Shown here in pieces: positions 27,661-36,825 of a stretch of 53,975 nt of DNA. The notes under the pieces are model-generated. The model worked only from the letters and a program-made list of their open reading frames with translations, was not told the DNA's origin and made no database searches. The DNA comes from Pseudomonadota bacterium (GTDB lineage Bacteria; Pseudomonadota; Alphaproteobacteria; Paracaedibacterales; JAKBAR01). The first letter of the stretch is position 1, and every line of letters begins with the position of its first letter. The stretch covers positions 1-53,975 of the forward strand of contig JAKBAR010000003.1 in NCBI GenBank assembly GCA_021808925.1, in the 5' to 3' direction. The translations under genes were made by a program, and so were the position numbers.

Positions 27661-28719
27661 CTAATTACGCTTTAGAAGAGGGGCATTTTCAGACAACGTC
27701 ATCGCTTTTTTAAGGTTTGCCTCCAGCTCAACAATGTCCACCATATCATATATTTTTTGTGGGACACTGTCCGAAAGCCGCTCCACCGACTCATCACTCA
27801 ATTCTGGCACAACAGACGCGACGTCAAGCATTTCTGAAAAATCGCCATTACAGTGGAGCACAGCGTCGCATCCAGCCTCAATAGCATACCTCACACGCTC
27901 CATCATCGGTCCGTGAAGTGCATTCATGGTAAGGCAATCGCTCACAAGAAATCCCTGAAAATCCATGGCACCACGGATAATATTATCAATCACTTTGGAT
28001 GAAAATGTCGCAGGATAGTAATCATCAATCGCGGTATAGACAGCATGAGCTGTCATCCCCCAAGGCTCCGCACAAAGCGTTTGATGCAGCGTCGCAAGAA
28101 CTTGCTTAAAACAATCAAAATCACTATCAAAAAGATCTTGCTTTGAGGTCTTTATCACCGGAAGCTTTTCATGGCTATCCACCATTGCTCGCCCATGTCC
28201 TGGAAAATGTTTGAGAACAGGCGTTATGCCCATATGCTGAAGGCCTTGAATAACTGCAACACAAAGGGCAGCTGTCACATCGACATAACTACTAAAAGCA
28301 CGATCACTGATAACTGGATGCGCCCCTAAAAAAGGAACATCGGCAAGGGGGGCGCAATTCACATTAATTCCCAGAGCATTCAGATCACTTGCGATTAAAA
28401 GAGCATTACTGTAGGCCGCTTGATATGCTGTGTCGGGATCATTTTCATAGAGATCTCCAAAGAGTGATGCCTTTGGAGGCACGCGCCAATAGTTTCCTGG
28501 GAGTCTCGAAATGCGTCCGCCCTCTTGATCCATCAAAATACGCACATCCCCACGCCCAACACATTCCTTAAGGCTTGTCACAAGATTTTTAAGCTGAACA
28601 GGCGTTTGGCAATTACGTTCAAAAAGAATAAAACCAAGCGGTTGAACCCTTTCAAAAAAAGATTTTTCGCTATCTGTGAGTATCGTCCCTGAACATCCAA
28701 ATATAACAGCTTTGACCAT
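27661..28719 (-). CDS. nagZ: beta-N-acetylhexosaminidase (GH3)
   Basis: GH3 N-terminal domain with ILMDQEGGRISRL and KHFPGHGRAMVDSH motifs. The 352-aa length fits NagZ. Confidence 0.85.
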   Translation of the reverse strand: MVKAVIFGCSGTILTDSEKSFFERVQPLGFILFERNCQTPVQLKNLVTSLKECVGRGDVRILMDQEGGRISRLPGNYWRVPPKASLFGDLYENDPDTAYQAAYSNALLIASDLNALGINVNCAPLADVPFLGAHPVISDRAFSSYVDVTAALCVAVIQGLQHMGITPVLKHFPGHGRAMVDSHEKLPVIKTSKQDLFDSDFDCFKQVLATLHQTLCAEPWGMTAHAVYTAIDDYYPATFSSKVIDNIIRGAMDFQGFLVSDCLTMNALHGPMMERVRYAIEAGCDAVLHCNGDFSEMLDVASVVPELSDESVERLSDSVPQKIYDMVDIVELEANLKKAMTLSENAPLLKRN

Positions 28720-28727
28720 GATTTCCC

Positions 28728-30752
28728 CTATTGTTTGTGATAAGACCCCACACCGAGTGTTTTACAAAATGTTTTTGCAGCTTCCTCGCCTTGCAATCCT
28801 AAGGCATAGACAACAAAAAAAGCTTTGCCATTCGTTGTCTCTTTGACAATCGCTTTGTTCAGATTTTTAAAAGAATCTTTATATTTCGCCTTGAGACGAT
28901 CAAATTCCCTCTCAGCCGCCGGTTTTGTTTCAAGAGATCCAAGTTTCACTTTATAAAACTGAGGCATACCCATTACATTATTTTTAGATATACCTTGAGA
29001 CTGTGCTGATGACGCCGGAACAGATCCTGGTAAAAATCCCGTGGGAAGATCATTTGAACCGTGCGATACCATTTCTTGTCGAGGATCCTGCCTTGGCGCA
29101 GAACTTGCTGAAGGAAACGACTGGGACTGGGACTGCGGCAGTTGTGAGTGATATTTTTGTTGACCTTGACGCAACGGAGCTTGCTGTTGTTGAGAATAAG
29201 AAGGCGCTTGCGACAAAGAAGGATTGGCACCTGTAAGATTACCCTGCATAGGTTGATCTGACACAGGCATCTCCTGATTATCTGGATAATACCCTTCTTC
29301 ATCGCCTAAAGCATCGGGAGAATATTGAGGCTGAGCATGAGGAGGCGCTCCCGCCCCACCTTGCGGCCCCTGTGGCTGCGGATAAGGTTGTTGAGGATAA
29401 TCCCCTTGTTGGCCTTGATGATAGGGCTCCTGAGGATACTGATTTTGGGGATTTTGAGGTCCCTGATAAACATACCCTTGAGGCCCCTGCTGCTGCCTAT
29501 CGGTTAAGGGTTGTTGCTGAGGAGGGTAAGCGTTAGCCCCCTCCATCAAAGGCTGCTGTGGCCCTTGACCAGAATTCCCTTGAGGATAATCACCCTGAGC
29601 AGGTTGATACTGAGGAGGATAGGGTTGCTGAGGGGGCTGCGCAGGATAATTGCTTTGGGCATACCCTCCTTGCTGAGCGCCTTGAGGAGGATAGTGGCCC
29701 TGACTCTGATCATACTGCCCCTGATACGGTTGCGGTTGCTGAGGGTAAACAGGCTGTTGCTGCATCGGTTGCTCTGGTGGGGGCAAAAGCCTCTCAACAG
29801 GCGCATTATCATTCATATTTCCTTCATTCCCAAGGCGCCCATAAACGAGTTTATCTTGGTGGGGAAAAATAACGCCCCCCGGTTGATCAGGCCTTACCTT
29901 AAAAGGCTGAGGATCTGCTTGGATATGAGGAATTGTTGTGGACACAGTTTGTGTCGACCACCGAAAAACAAGCCACGCAAGGGCGGCAAAAATAATCAAA
30001 ATACCCAGTGTTAAAATAAAACGAAGCGGCGGTGATTCAGACTCGTCGCTTTCTTCCTCGCCAGGATAACGCTCTTCTGGAGGTGAATGGGGGTCCCAAA
30101 ACCGAAGATCTTTTAAATCGAGATTATTCGCATAACTTCCCGGATGATTCGCAGCCGATGCATTAAAAAAAGCAGGGTGCCCTTGGGGGGACATATCCTG
30201 TGACGGGTGATGAGATCCCGCAAAAAGAGGCTCTTGGACACGGGGTTGCGCACGCTCTGAGACACGATGATCACTCATACGATAGTCACTCATGCGTTGC
30301 TGTGCCAAGGATTCTGCAAACAAATTTTGCTGAGGTTGGGCCTGTTGGTGAGAAGACTGCGTGTGTTGTTGATGTTGTTGATAATGTGGATGAGGCGCAG
30401 GTGCCTGTAAAAAAGCAGAGGAGCGTTGATCACTCTCTCTTTGCGGTCCATAAAAAGAAGGATCTGAACGACCTTGATCGTCTGCCCCCATCATTGCACG
30501 AGGCTCGTGGGACGGTGCAGCAGGCCTTTGCTGCTGTCTTTCCATATAATGAGGGTGAGGTTGCTGTGGATGCGCATGATGAGCAGAAGATGGATGGGAT
30601 GTGCTGCTCAAATGAGGATGCGGCTCTGTGTCGTAGTCACCTCGACCATAGCCACCTTGTGAGGAAAGGCGCGGCTCGTCGTAATGACCTCCATCATAAT
30701 AAGCCTGTCCCCCTTTTTTAGCCGGTTTTTTAAAAAAACGAAGCAATCCCAT
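28728..30752 (-). CDS. SPOR domain protein with a very long Gln/Pro/Tyr-rich low-complexity region
   Basis: 674-aa ORF with a central TM helix (FILTLGILIIFAALAWLVF), about 300 residues of Q/P/Y/G-rich sequence, and a C-terminal SPOR fold (FYKVKLGSLETKPAAEREFDRLKAKY..FFVVYALGL). Its start overlaps the argS stop by 1 nt. Confidence 0.75.
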   Translation of the reverse strand: MGLLRFFKKPAKKGGQAYYDGGHYDEPRLSSQGGYGRGDYDTEPHPHLSSTSHPSSAHHAHPQQPHPHYMERQQQRPAAPSHEPRAMMGADDQGRSDPSFYGPQRESDQRSSAFLQAPAPHPHYQQHQQHTQSSHQQAQPQQNLFAESLAQQRMSDYRMSDHRVSERAQPRVQEPLFAGSHHPSQDMSPQGHPAFFNASAANHPGSYANNLDLKDLRFWDPHSPPEERYPGEEESDESESPPLRFILTLGILIIFAALAWLVFRWSTQTVSTTIPHIQADPQPFKVRPDQPGGVIFPHQDKLVYGRLGNEGNMNDNAPVERLLPPPEQPMQQQPVYPQQPQPYQGQYDQSQGHYPPQGAQQGGYAQSNYPAQPPQQPYPPQYQPAQGDYPQGNSGQGPQQPLMEGANAYPPQQQPLTDRQQQGPQGYVYQGPQNPQNQYPQEPYHQGQQGDYPQQPYPQPQGPQGGAGAPPHAQPQYSPDALGDEEGYYPDNQEMPVSDQPMQGNLTGANPSLSQAPSYSQQQQAPLRQGQQKYHSQLPQSQSQSFPSASSAPRQDPRQEMVSHGSNDLPTGFLPGSVPASSAQSQGISKNNVMGMPQFYKVKLGSLETKPAAEREFDRLKAKYKDSFKNLNKAIVKETTNGKAFFVVYALGLQGEEAAKTFCKTLGVGSYHKQ

Positions 30753-32512
30753 CAGCGCATCTCCTGAACAGGCTCAATTTTATAAATTTTCAGCGTCGCC
30801 GCTATAATCTGCTGTGTCGCCTTTAGCAACGCGAGTCGCGCCATCGATTCCCCTTCATTCGTATCATCAATAAATCGCAATTGAGCGTTTTCCTTGCCTT
30901 TATTCCAAAGACCATGAAAACAGGATGCCACATCATAGAGGTAATATGCAAGACGATGCGGTTCACGGAGTTTTGCAGCCACCTCCACTGTTTTTGGATA
31001 ATGCGCAAGGATTTTAATAAGATCGAGCTCTGCAGAATCTTTTAGAGAGCTGAGATCCGCCTTGGCAATATTTTTCTCAAAATCAGGCCAAAGTGTTTGA
31101 GCGTGACGCATCACAGAGCATATGCGTGCATGAGCGTATTGAACATAGAAAATAGGATTGTCCTTTGATTGCTCGAGGGCTTTTGCAAAATCAAAATCAA
31201 TCACACTGTTGTGATGACGGGTAAGCATCATAAAACGCACAACATCCCGCCCTACTTTTTCCAAAAGATCTTGAAGGCTGAGAAAGGTCCCAGCGCGTTT
31301 TGACATTTTAACAGGCACACCGTTTTCGAGAAAGTTCACCACATTATAATTGCAGATTTGAAGCGTCGCCCCCCCCTTTGTTATCGCTTTTACCGCCGCT
31401 GTAATACGGGAAAAATAACCGATGTGATCAACGCCCAGCACATCAATCAAATCCTTATACCCACGCTGCACCTTATCAAAATGATAGGCAATATCGGGCG
31501 CAAAATAAGACCATGATCCGTCAGATTTTTTTAAAGGACGATCAATCGTATCCCCATATTTTGTGGATCTAAAAAGCGTTTGAGGTTTAGCTTCAAAATC
31601 CTCTACGACGAGGCCCTTGGGCGCATCAATCGTCCCAACGTAAACATCACCTTGAGCTTCGAGAAGCGCCAAAACCTTATCAATTTTGCCTGCCTTCGCA
31701 ATCGCTGCTTCGGAGGTATACGTGTCCATCATAACCCCTAAATCTTCTAAATCGCGCTTTATCCCCTTCATCGCCTCGGCCACAGAGAAAATACGAATCG
31801 TCTCAAGCCATGCACTTTCAGGTTGATCCAGATACGCATCTCCTTTCTCATCCATGAGTTTTTGAGCCATATCAATCACATACTCGCCAGGGTAGAGCCC
31901 CTCAAAAGCAGACTCTGGAATATCCACACCAAAAAGTTGTTGATAACGCAAATGCACAGAGCGCGCGAGAATATTCACCTGACCTCCCGCATCGTTAATA
32001 TAACACTCACGGTGCACGTCGTACCCAACGGCCTCCAACACTGAGGCAATCGTATCGCCCACAACAGCATTACGGCTGTGGCCTGTGTGCATAGGACCTG
32101 TGGGATTTGGAGAAACAAACTCAATGTGAACCTTTTGAGCACGACCAAAAGCCTCGGGACCATAAGCATTCCCTTGCGCGAGAATAAGCGCTAAATGTTC
32201 CTGCCAAAAAAACATCGGCAGCTTGATATTAATAAACCCTGGGCCCGCAAGGCTTATGTCTGTTCCTTTGGGAAAAACACTCTGAAGAACGGGGATAAGA
32301 TTTTCTGCAATCACAAGACTTTTCTGACCTATTTGCTTTGCTAAAACAAGCGCAGCATTGGTTGAGATATCACCGTGGCTCGGATCTTTAGGGGCTTCAA
32401 GTGTGAGTTTGCTCAAATCCAGATCAGACGGCCACGCGAGATCTTGAGCATTTTCAAGGATTGCTTTTTTGATGAGTGAATAAAAATGATTAAAAAAATT
32501 CATAGGAATCAA
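30752..32512 (-). CDS. argS: arginine--tRNA ligase
   Basis: 586-aa ORF with a class I HIGH-type motif (PNPTGPMHTGHSRN), a KMSK-like VKMSKR, and a C-terminal DALR anticodon-binding domain ending in the typical ..M. Confidence 0.93.
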   Translation of the reverse strand: MIPMNFFNHFYSLIKKAILENAQDLAWPSDLDLSKLTLEAPKDPSHGDISTNAALVLAKQIGQKSLVIAENLIPVLQSVFPKGTDISLAGPGFINIKLPMFFWQEHLALILAQGNAYGPEAFGRAQKVHIEFVSPNPTGPMHTGHSRNAVVGDTIASVLEAVGYDVHRECYINDAGGQVNILARSVHLRYQQLFGVDIPESAFEGLYPGEYVIDMAQKLMDEKGDAYLDQPESAWLETIRIFSVAEAMKGIKRDLEDLGVMMDTYTSEAAIAKAGKIDKVLALLEAQGDVYVGTIDAPKGLVVEDFEAKPQTLFRSTKYGDTIDRPLKKSDGSWSYFAPDIAYHFDKVQRGYKDLIDVLGVDHIGYFSRITAAVKAITKGGATLQICNYNVVNFLENGVPVKMSKRAGTFLSLQDLLEKVGRDVVRFMMLTRHHNSVIDFDFAKALEQSKDNPIFYVQYAHARICSVMRHAQTLWPDFEKNIAKADLSSLKDSAELDLIKILAHYPKTVEVAAKLREPHRLAYYLYDVASCFHGLWNKGKENAQLRFIDDTNEGESMARLALLKATQQIIAATLKIYKIEPVQEMR

Positions 32513-32850
32513 AGAGGATTTTATTTTTTAAGTATCTTTAGACATTAGCGAAATTAGCTTTAAAACGCACGGATAAATTAATTGAAGCCCAGACATAACC
32601 CCCTCAATATTTTCCTCAGCAAATGGCTTTGAGATTTTTTTATGGACAAGCGAACTAAAATTTCATAGGTTGTTTTTGAAAGTTTGAAATATTCAACTGT
32701 TTCCATGCTCATCTTTTTCTCTCATTCGATCCATTTGAATAGACGAGAACTTTATTCTTCTTTTTTCACCCCTCTTTTTTCTATTAGCAAGAAAAAATCG
32801 AGTCAATTCACTCACCATTATTATCAACTTATCAAACGTAGGGAATCCTA

Positions 32851-34131
32851 ATGCCTTCGAATACAGCGCCGAACCAAAATTCTTTGGATGAGAAAAAAAA
32901 TGATGCCATCCCCTTTGGTGTGTGGATCATCGGTTGGATGATGCTTCTTATCAATTTGTCTTTTGTGATGATGTACAGTCTTTCCGCTGTTTACCTTAAA
33001 ACTGTTGTCGGTGTCAGCACGGGTTGGATTGGACTTCTTGAGGGTATGGTCGAAGCAGCTTCTTATGCAGCCAAACTTCTTTCAGGCGTTGTCTCAGACT
33101 ATTTACGCAAACGCAAAATTATTATGTTCCTCGGCTATGTGATGATGGTGCTCTCACGGCCCATTTTGGCCATCTCTAGCAGCTTTGGTGTTGTTTTTCT
33201 TGCACGTATGATGGAGCGTGTCGGTAACGGTGTTCAGGCCACACCCCGCGACGCTCTCGTGGGCGATATTGCCCCCTCACACAGGCGCGGCGCATGTTTC
33301 GGACTCAAGCGCAGTCTCGGTACCGCAGGATCATTCTTAGGTGGCATCGTTGCGATGTTTATCATGTATCTCACAGCGAATGACTTTCAAATGGTGTTTT
33401 GGATTGCAACGGTCCCAGCTGTTTTGGCGCTCCTTATTCTTATTCTTGGCGTCAAAGAGCCCAAGCATCACGAGCACCCGCTAAAACTTGATCCAACATC
33501 CGAAGTCAAACCAACCCGTCAGCCTATTAAATTTTCAGATTTACCCAAGCTTGGTAAAAACTATTGGATGCTGATGATTGTTGTTTTTATGTTTATGCTG
33601 GCGCGCTTTAGTGAAACACTTTTGATGCTGCATGCGAACCAAAATTTTGGCCTCGCGGAGACGTACGTGCCACTAATTATGATGCTTTATAATGCGACCT
33701 ACTCCCTCTCCTCTTACCCTATTGCGGCTATGTCAGATCGTATGAACCGTTATGTGTTCTTAGCCTTTGGGATCATTGTTCTGGTTCTTTCGGACATTGT
33801 GCTTTTCACGGCACCGAATCTTCCTATTATGCTTATGGGCGTTGCCTTATGGGGGCTGCAAATTGGTATTGCACAAAGTATTTCTGTGGCGCTTATTATT
33901 GATATTGTCCCCGCACACCTCCGCGGTACAGCTCTTGGCTTTTATTATCTTATCTCAGCCATTGCCTCTGTGATCGCAGGTGCTGGTGCGGGTAGTATTG
34001 CCCAAGTTTACGGTGAAGGTGCTTCCTTCTTTGTGAGTGCACTTGTTGCTGTAAGTGCGGTTCTCATTCTCCTTGCCTTTATGCCCACATCAAAACGCAA
34101 CCGTCGCAAGGCCAAAAAGGAAAATGCTTAA
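32851..34131 (+). CDS. MFS transporter
   Basis: 426-aa ORF with about 12 predicted TM helices and an MFS loop 2-3 motif (SDYLRKRK). Confidence 0.8.
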   Translation: MPSNTAPNQNSLDEKKNDAIPFGVWIIGWMMLLINLSFVMMYSLSAVYLKTVVGVSTGWIGLLEGMVEAASYAAKLLSGVVSDYLRKRKIIMFLGYVMMVLSRPILAISSSFGVVFLARMMERVGNGVQATPRDALVGDIAPSHRRGACFGLKRSLGTAGSFLGGIVAMFIMYLTANDFQMVFWIATVPAVLALLILILGVKEPKHHEHPLKLDPTSEVKPTRQPIKFSDLPKLGKNYWMLMIVVFMFMLARFSETLLMLHANQNFGLAETYVPLIMMLYNATYSLSSYPIAAMSDRMNRYVFLAFGIIVLVLSDIVLFTAPNLPIMLMGVALWGLQIGIAQSISVALIIDIVPAHLRGTALGFYYLISAIASVIAGAGAGSIAQVYGEGASFFVSALVAVSAVLILLAFMPTSKRNRRKAKKENA

Positions 34132-34169
34132 CACATAGTGTCAATCGAGGTAAAAGAAAAGAGGCATCC

Positions 34170-34802
34170 ATGACCGAGACAATCACTCCTAACCCCCACG
34201 TACTTTATCCGATTGAAGGGGTGACGCGAACGGTTTACCTAAAGAATATTATTAAAAATCCTAATATCAGTGTGGGTGACTATACCTATTATGATGATCC
34301 AGAGGATGTCTATCATTTTGAGAAAAATGTGTTGTATCACTTTGATTTTATTGGGGATAGGCTTGTGATTGGAAAGTTCTGTCAAATTGCGACGGGTGTA
34401 ACCTTTATCATGAATGGTGGAAATCACGCGATGGATGGTTTTTCCACGTACCCTTTTAAAGTTTTTAGTCCCGCTTGGAAGGATGCTTCTCTTAATCCTA
34501 TTAGTAAAGGAGACACATCTATTGGGCACGATGTGTGGATAGGGAATAGAGCCACGATTATGCCAGGTGTCACCGTCGGGCATGGCGCCATTATCGGCGC
34601 GAATAGCCTCGTTACAAAGAACATAGAGCCCTATACAATAGTTGGTGGCAACCCGGCGGTTTCCTTAAAGAAAAGATTTGATGAGGACACAATCGCGTTC
34701 CTTTTAGATCTGTGCTGGTGGGATTGGCCGATTGAAAAAATCACCAAACATGTCAAGGCCATCACAACGGGCGACTGCAACACCCTTTCTAAATTAGCCT
34801 AA
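34170..34802 (+). CDS. vat: Vat family streptogramin A O-acetyltransferase (xenobiotic acetyltransferase)
   Basis: Near full-length resemblance to Vat(D)/SatA as I recall it: YPIEG.., GDYTYYDD.., ILYHF.., KIGKFC.., IMNGGNHAMDGFSTYPF.., KGDTSIGHDVWIGNRATIMPGVTVGHGAIIGANSLVTKNIEPYTIVGGNPA..KKRFDEDTI..LL...WWDWPIEKI. Confidence 0.85.
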   Translation: MTETITPNPHVLYPIEGVTRTVYLKNIIKNPNISVGDYTYYDDPEDVYHFEKNVLYHFDFIGDRLVIGKFCQIATGVTFIMNGGNHAMDGFSTYPFKVFSPAWKDASLNPISKGDTSIGHDVWIGNRATIMPGVTVGHGAIIGANSLVTKNIEPYTIVGGNPAVSLKKRFDEDTIAFLLDLCWWDWPIEKITKHVKAITTGDCNTLSKLA

Positions 34803-34813
34803 TTTAGCTTAGA

Positions 34814-35317
34814 TTAGTTTTTCTTACGAAAAGCATCAAAGCTAATGACATTTCCCTCAACGGCATCTGCGGGAATTTCAAATTTATTTTTCTTGGGCTC
34901 TTTTTCGCCCTTAGAAGTTTTTTTTGTAAAACTTTTAAGCTCAGCTTTTACTGGTTGTGATGGGAGGCTTGGCGTAAACTGCAAACCGAATTTTGCCGAT
35001 GGATCCACAAAACTTGTCATGGCATCAAAGGGAATTACAAGGCGCTCATGAAGATTGTTAAAACTGAGCGTAATCTCAAAACGATCATCAAATAAATCGA
35101 GATCCCAAAACTCATATTGCACGACAATTGTAATGCTTTCAGGGTACTGTTCGCGCAAATAATCTGGAAGCTCAACACCCGGGTGATCCGTATTATAGGT
35201 AATGTAAAAATGATGATTGCCCGGAAGGCCCTTCTCTGACGCTTCTTGCAAAAGGTCGCGCACCACGTTAATGAGAGCCTTTTGAACGCGATCTTCGTAA
35301 TTAATAGTTTTGCTCAT
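34814..35317 (-). CDS. sspB: ClpXP adaptor SspB (alphaproteobacterial type)
   Basis: The block LPGNHHFYITYNTDHPGVELPDYLREQYPESITIVVQYEFWDLDL..FEITLSFNN..ERLVIPFDAMTSFVDPSAKFGLQF matches the SspB-alpha substrate-binding domain. The C-terminal tail (..ISFDAFRKKN) resembles a ClpX-binding tail. Confidence 0.8.
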   Translation of the reverse strand: MSKTINYEDRVQKALINVVRDLLQEASEKGLPGNHHFYITYNTDHPGVELPDYLREQYPESITIVVQYEFWDLDLFDDRFEITLSFNNLHERLVIPFDAMTSFVDPSAKFGLQFTPSLPSQPVKAELKSFTKKTSKGEKEPKKNKFEIPADAVEGNVISFDAFRKKN

Positions 35318-35344
35318 GTTTTATCATACCTTGTCATAAGATCT

Positions 35345-35673
35345 ACCCCATCAAAGCGGGGGGCATTCTGTTGCCCGGGGCCCCCCTAACCGCGTAAGTT
35401 AAGCAACTATAGCGTCGACTTGCTAAGCTTAAGCTGCTTTAACTGCAAACCCTTGTGTATTTGCAATTTTACCAAAAGCAATTACATCAAATTTGTTTAC
35501 AGTCTTGAATGAAGTTTTACCTTCAACCAAGGTAGTTGTTGCTTTCGCACCAACTACTTTTTCCTTACGTGTGCTAACTAATGTTGCACCTATTTTATTT
35601 AGTCCGATAACGACGGTACCATGCCGGATGAAAGGATTATCTTTATTACGCACGTCGATCCTGTTTCGTCCCC
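35345..35673 (-). ncRNA. ssrA: tmRNA (ssrA) coding piece of a permuted two-piece gene
   Basis: The minus strand starts GGGGACGAAACAGGATCGAC at 35673, a canonical tmRNA 5' end. An internal reading frame ends ..ANTQGFAVKAA-TAA (stop 35431-35429) inside a palindromic AGCTTAAGCT helix. The 3' boundary is uncertain; a GC-rich hairpin lies at 35358-35386. Confidence 0.75.
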
Positions 35674-35685
35674 ATAAAATTTCCA

Positions 35686-35770
35686 TGGTGGAGACGCCGG
35701 GTACCGCCCCCGGGTCCGCAACGCCTATTCCACAAGCCGTTTATCATCATAGTCAGGTTCCCCTGACACC
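35686..35770 (-). ncRNA. ssrA: tmRNA (ssrA) acceptor piece
   Basis: The minus strand ends ..CCGGG-GGCGGTA-CCCGG-CGTCTCC-A-CCA at 35686. CGTCTCC pairs with GGGGACG of the coding piece, giving a 7-bp acceptor stem with the G3-U70 alanine identity pair. This piece lies upstream of the coding piece (12-nt spacer, 35674-35685), which is the alphaproteobacterial permuted order. The 5' boundary is uncertain. Confidence 0.7.
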
Positions 35771-35852
35771 TATAATGTAGTACCTTTCGCTTTTATTTTA
35801 AAGGGGGATTGATTATTATAATGAAAATATTTTTCAAAAATGAGCTTTTTCA

Positions 35853-36770
35853 ATGACAGCCCTTCCCCAAGAAAATGATTATGTAACAACCCTGCGTGCG
35901 ACATCCAATGAGCTTGAAAAGATTCTTTATCAAGCTTTCCCTGTCCTCGATCATGGGTTTATTCGCGTCGTTGATTATATGGGCGATGATGCTGCTGTTG
36001 TTCAAGCCGCACGCGTATCTTATGGCAAAGGAACAAAGCGGAAAAGCGAGGATCAAGGGCTGATTAATTATCTTCTCCGTCATCGTCATACAACGCCTTT
36101 TGAAATGTGTGAAATTAAGTTTCATGTCAAGATGCCTATTTTTGTGGCACGCCAATGGCTCCGTCATCGCACAGCCAGCGTAAATGAATATTCTGGGCGT
36201 TATTCGATTATGGATAAAGAATTTTATATCCCAGCGCCAGAACATATTGCGGCCCAATCACTATCCAACAATCAAGGACGCGGTGATATTCTTGAAGGGC
36301 GCGACGCTGCACGTGTGCTGGAGTACCTCAAGCATGACGCGCTTTTGACCTATAAACACTATCAAGAGCTCATTAATTTTGATGATGAGGGCAACATCAT
36401 TGACGAGGACAGACCAAGCCTTGCCCGAGAACTTGCACGGATGAATTTGCCTGTTAACTTTTATACACAGTTTTATTGGAAAATTGATCTTCATAATTTT
36501 ATGCACTTCCTCAGCCTGCGCGCGGATAGCCATGCTCAATATGAAATTCGTGTGTACGCAGAAAAAATGCTTGAGATCCTCAAAGCGTGGATGCCCATGA
36601 CGCACCATGCCTTTATGGAGTATAAAATGGGCGCGACCCATCTTTCAAAAACAGCAACAGATATTATCAGGCGTCGTCTGAAAGGTGAAGCGATCGATGC
36701 AAAGTCCTCGGGCCTTAGCGCACGCGAGTGGGGCGAGCTCGTCACTCTTTTTCCAGAGGTAGGGGCGTAA
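35853..36770 (+). CDS. thyX: FAD-dependent thymidylate synthase
   Basis: ThyX signature [14 protein letters not shown] (RHRxxSxxxxS), plus [11 protein letters not shown] and [16 protein letters not shown]. Confidence 0.92.
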   Translation: MTALPQENDYVTTLRATSNELEKILYQAFPVLDHGFIRVVDYMGDDAAVVQAARVSYGKGTKRKSEDQGLINYLLRHRHTTPFEMCEIKFHVKMPIFVARQWLRHRTASVNEYSGRYSIMDKEFYIPAPEHIAAQSLSNNQGRGDILEGRDAARVLEYLKHDALLTYKHYQELINFDDEGNIIDEDRPSLARELARMNLPVNFYTQFYWKIDLHNFMHFLSLRADSHAQYEIRVYAEKMLEILKAWMPMTHHAFMEYKMGATHLSKTATDIIRRRLKGEAIDAKSSGLSAREWGELVTLFPEVGA

Positions 36771-36825
36771 AATCCCCCTGCCCTTAAAAAATTTTTCCCC
36801 CTGTCGCCCCCATAAGGAGATTTTT

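Noticed and set aside
29325-30721. Long + strand ORFs (29511-30014, 29558-29872, 30200-30721 and others) opposite the SPOR gene.
   Set aside because: They are antisense shadows of a GC-rich Gln/Pro low-complexity coding region. Their translations are Leu/Arg-rich repeats with no start context.
32578-32706. 42-codon minus-strand mini-ORF (METVEYFKLSKTTYEILVRLS...) with an HTH-like start in the argS-MFS spacer.
   Set aside because: It is too short and too weakly similar to call as a transposase or regulator remnant. It is mentioned only as a possible scar near the MFS-vat pair.
35532-35562. A hairpin plus T5 on the + strand that looks like a rho-independent terminator.
   Set aside because: No + strand gene lies upstream to terminate. 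On the minus strand the same helix (with a GAAA tetraloop) lies inside the tmRNA coding piece.
35429-35686. 85-aa ORF (MEILWGRNRIDVRNKD...ANTQGFAVKAA) in the sspB-thyX spacer.
   Set aside because: It coincides with the tmRNA coding piece. Its 'start' lies in the spacer between the two tmRNA pieces, and its end is the tag reading frame. It is therefore better explained as RNA than as an independent protein gene.
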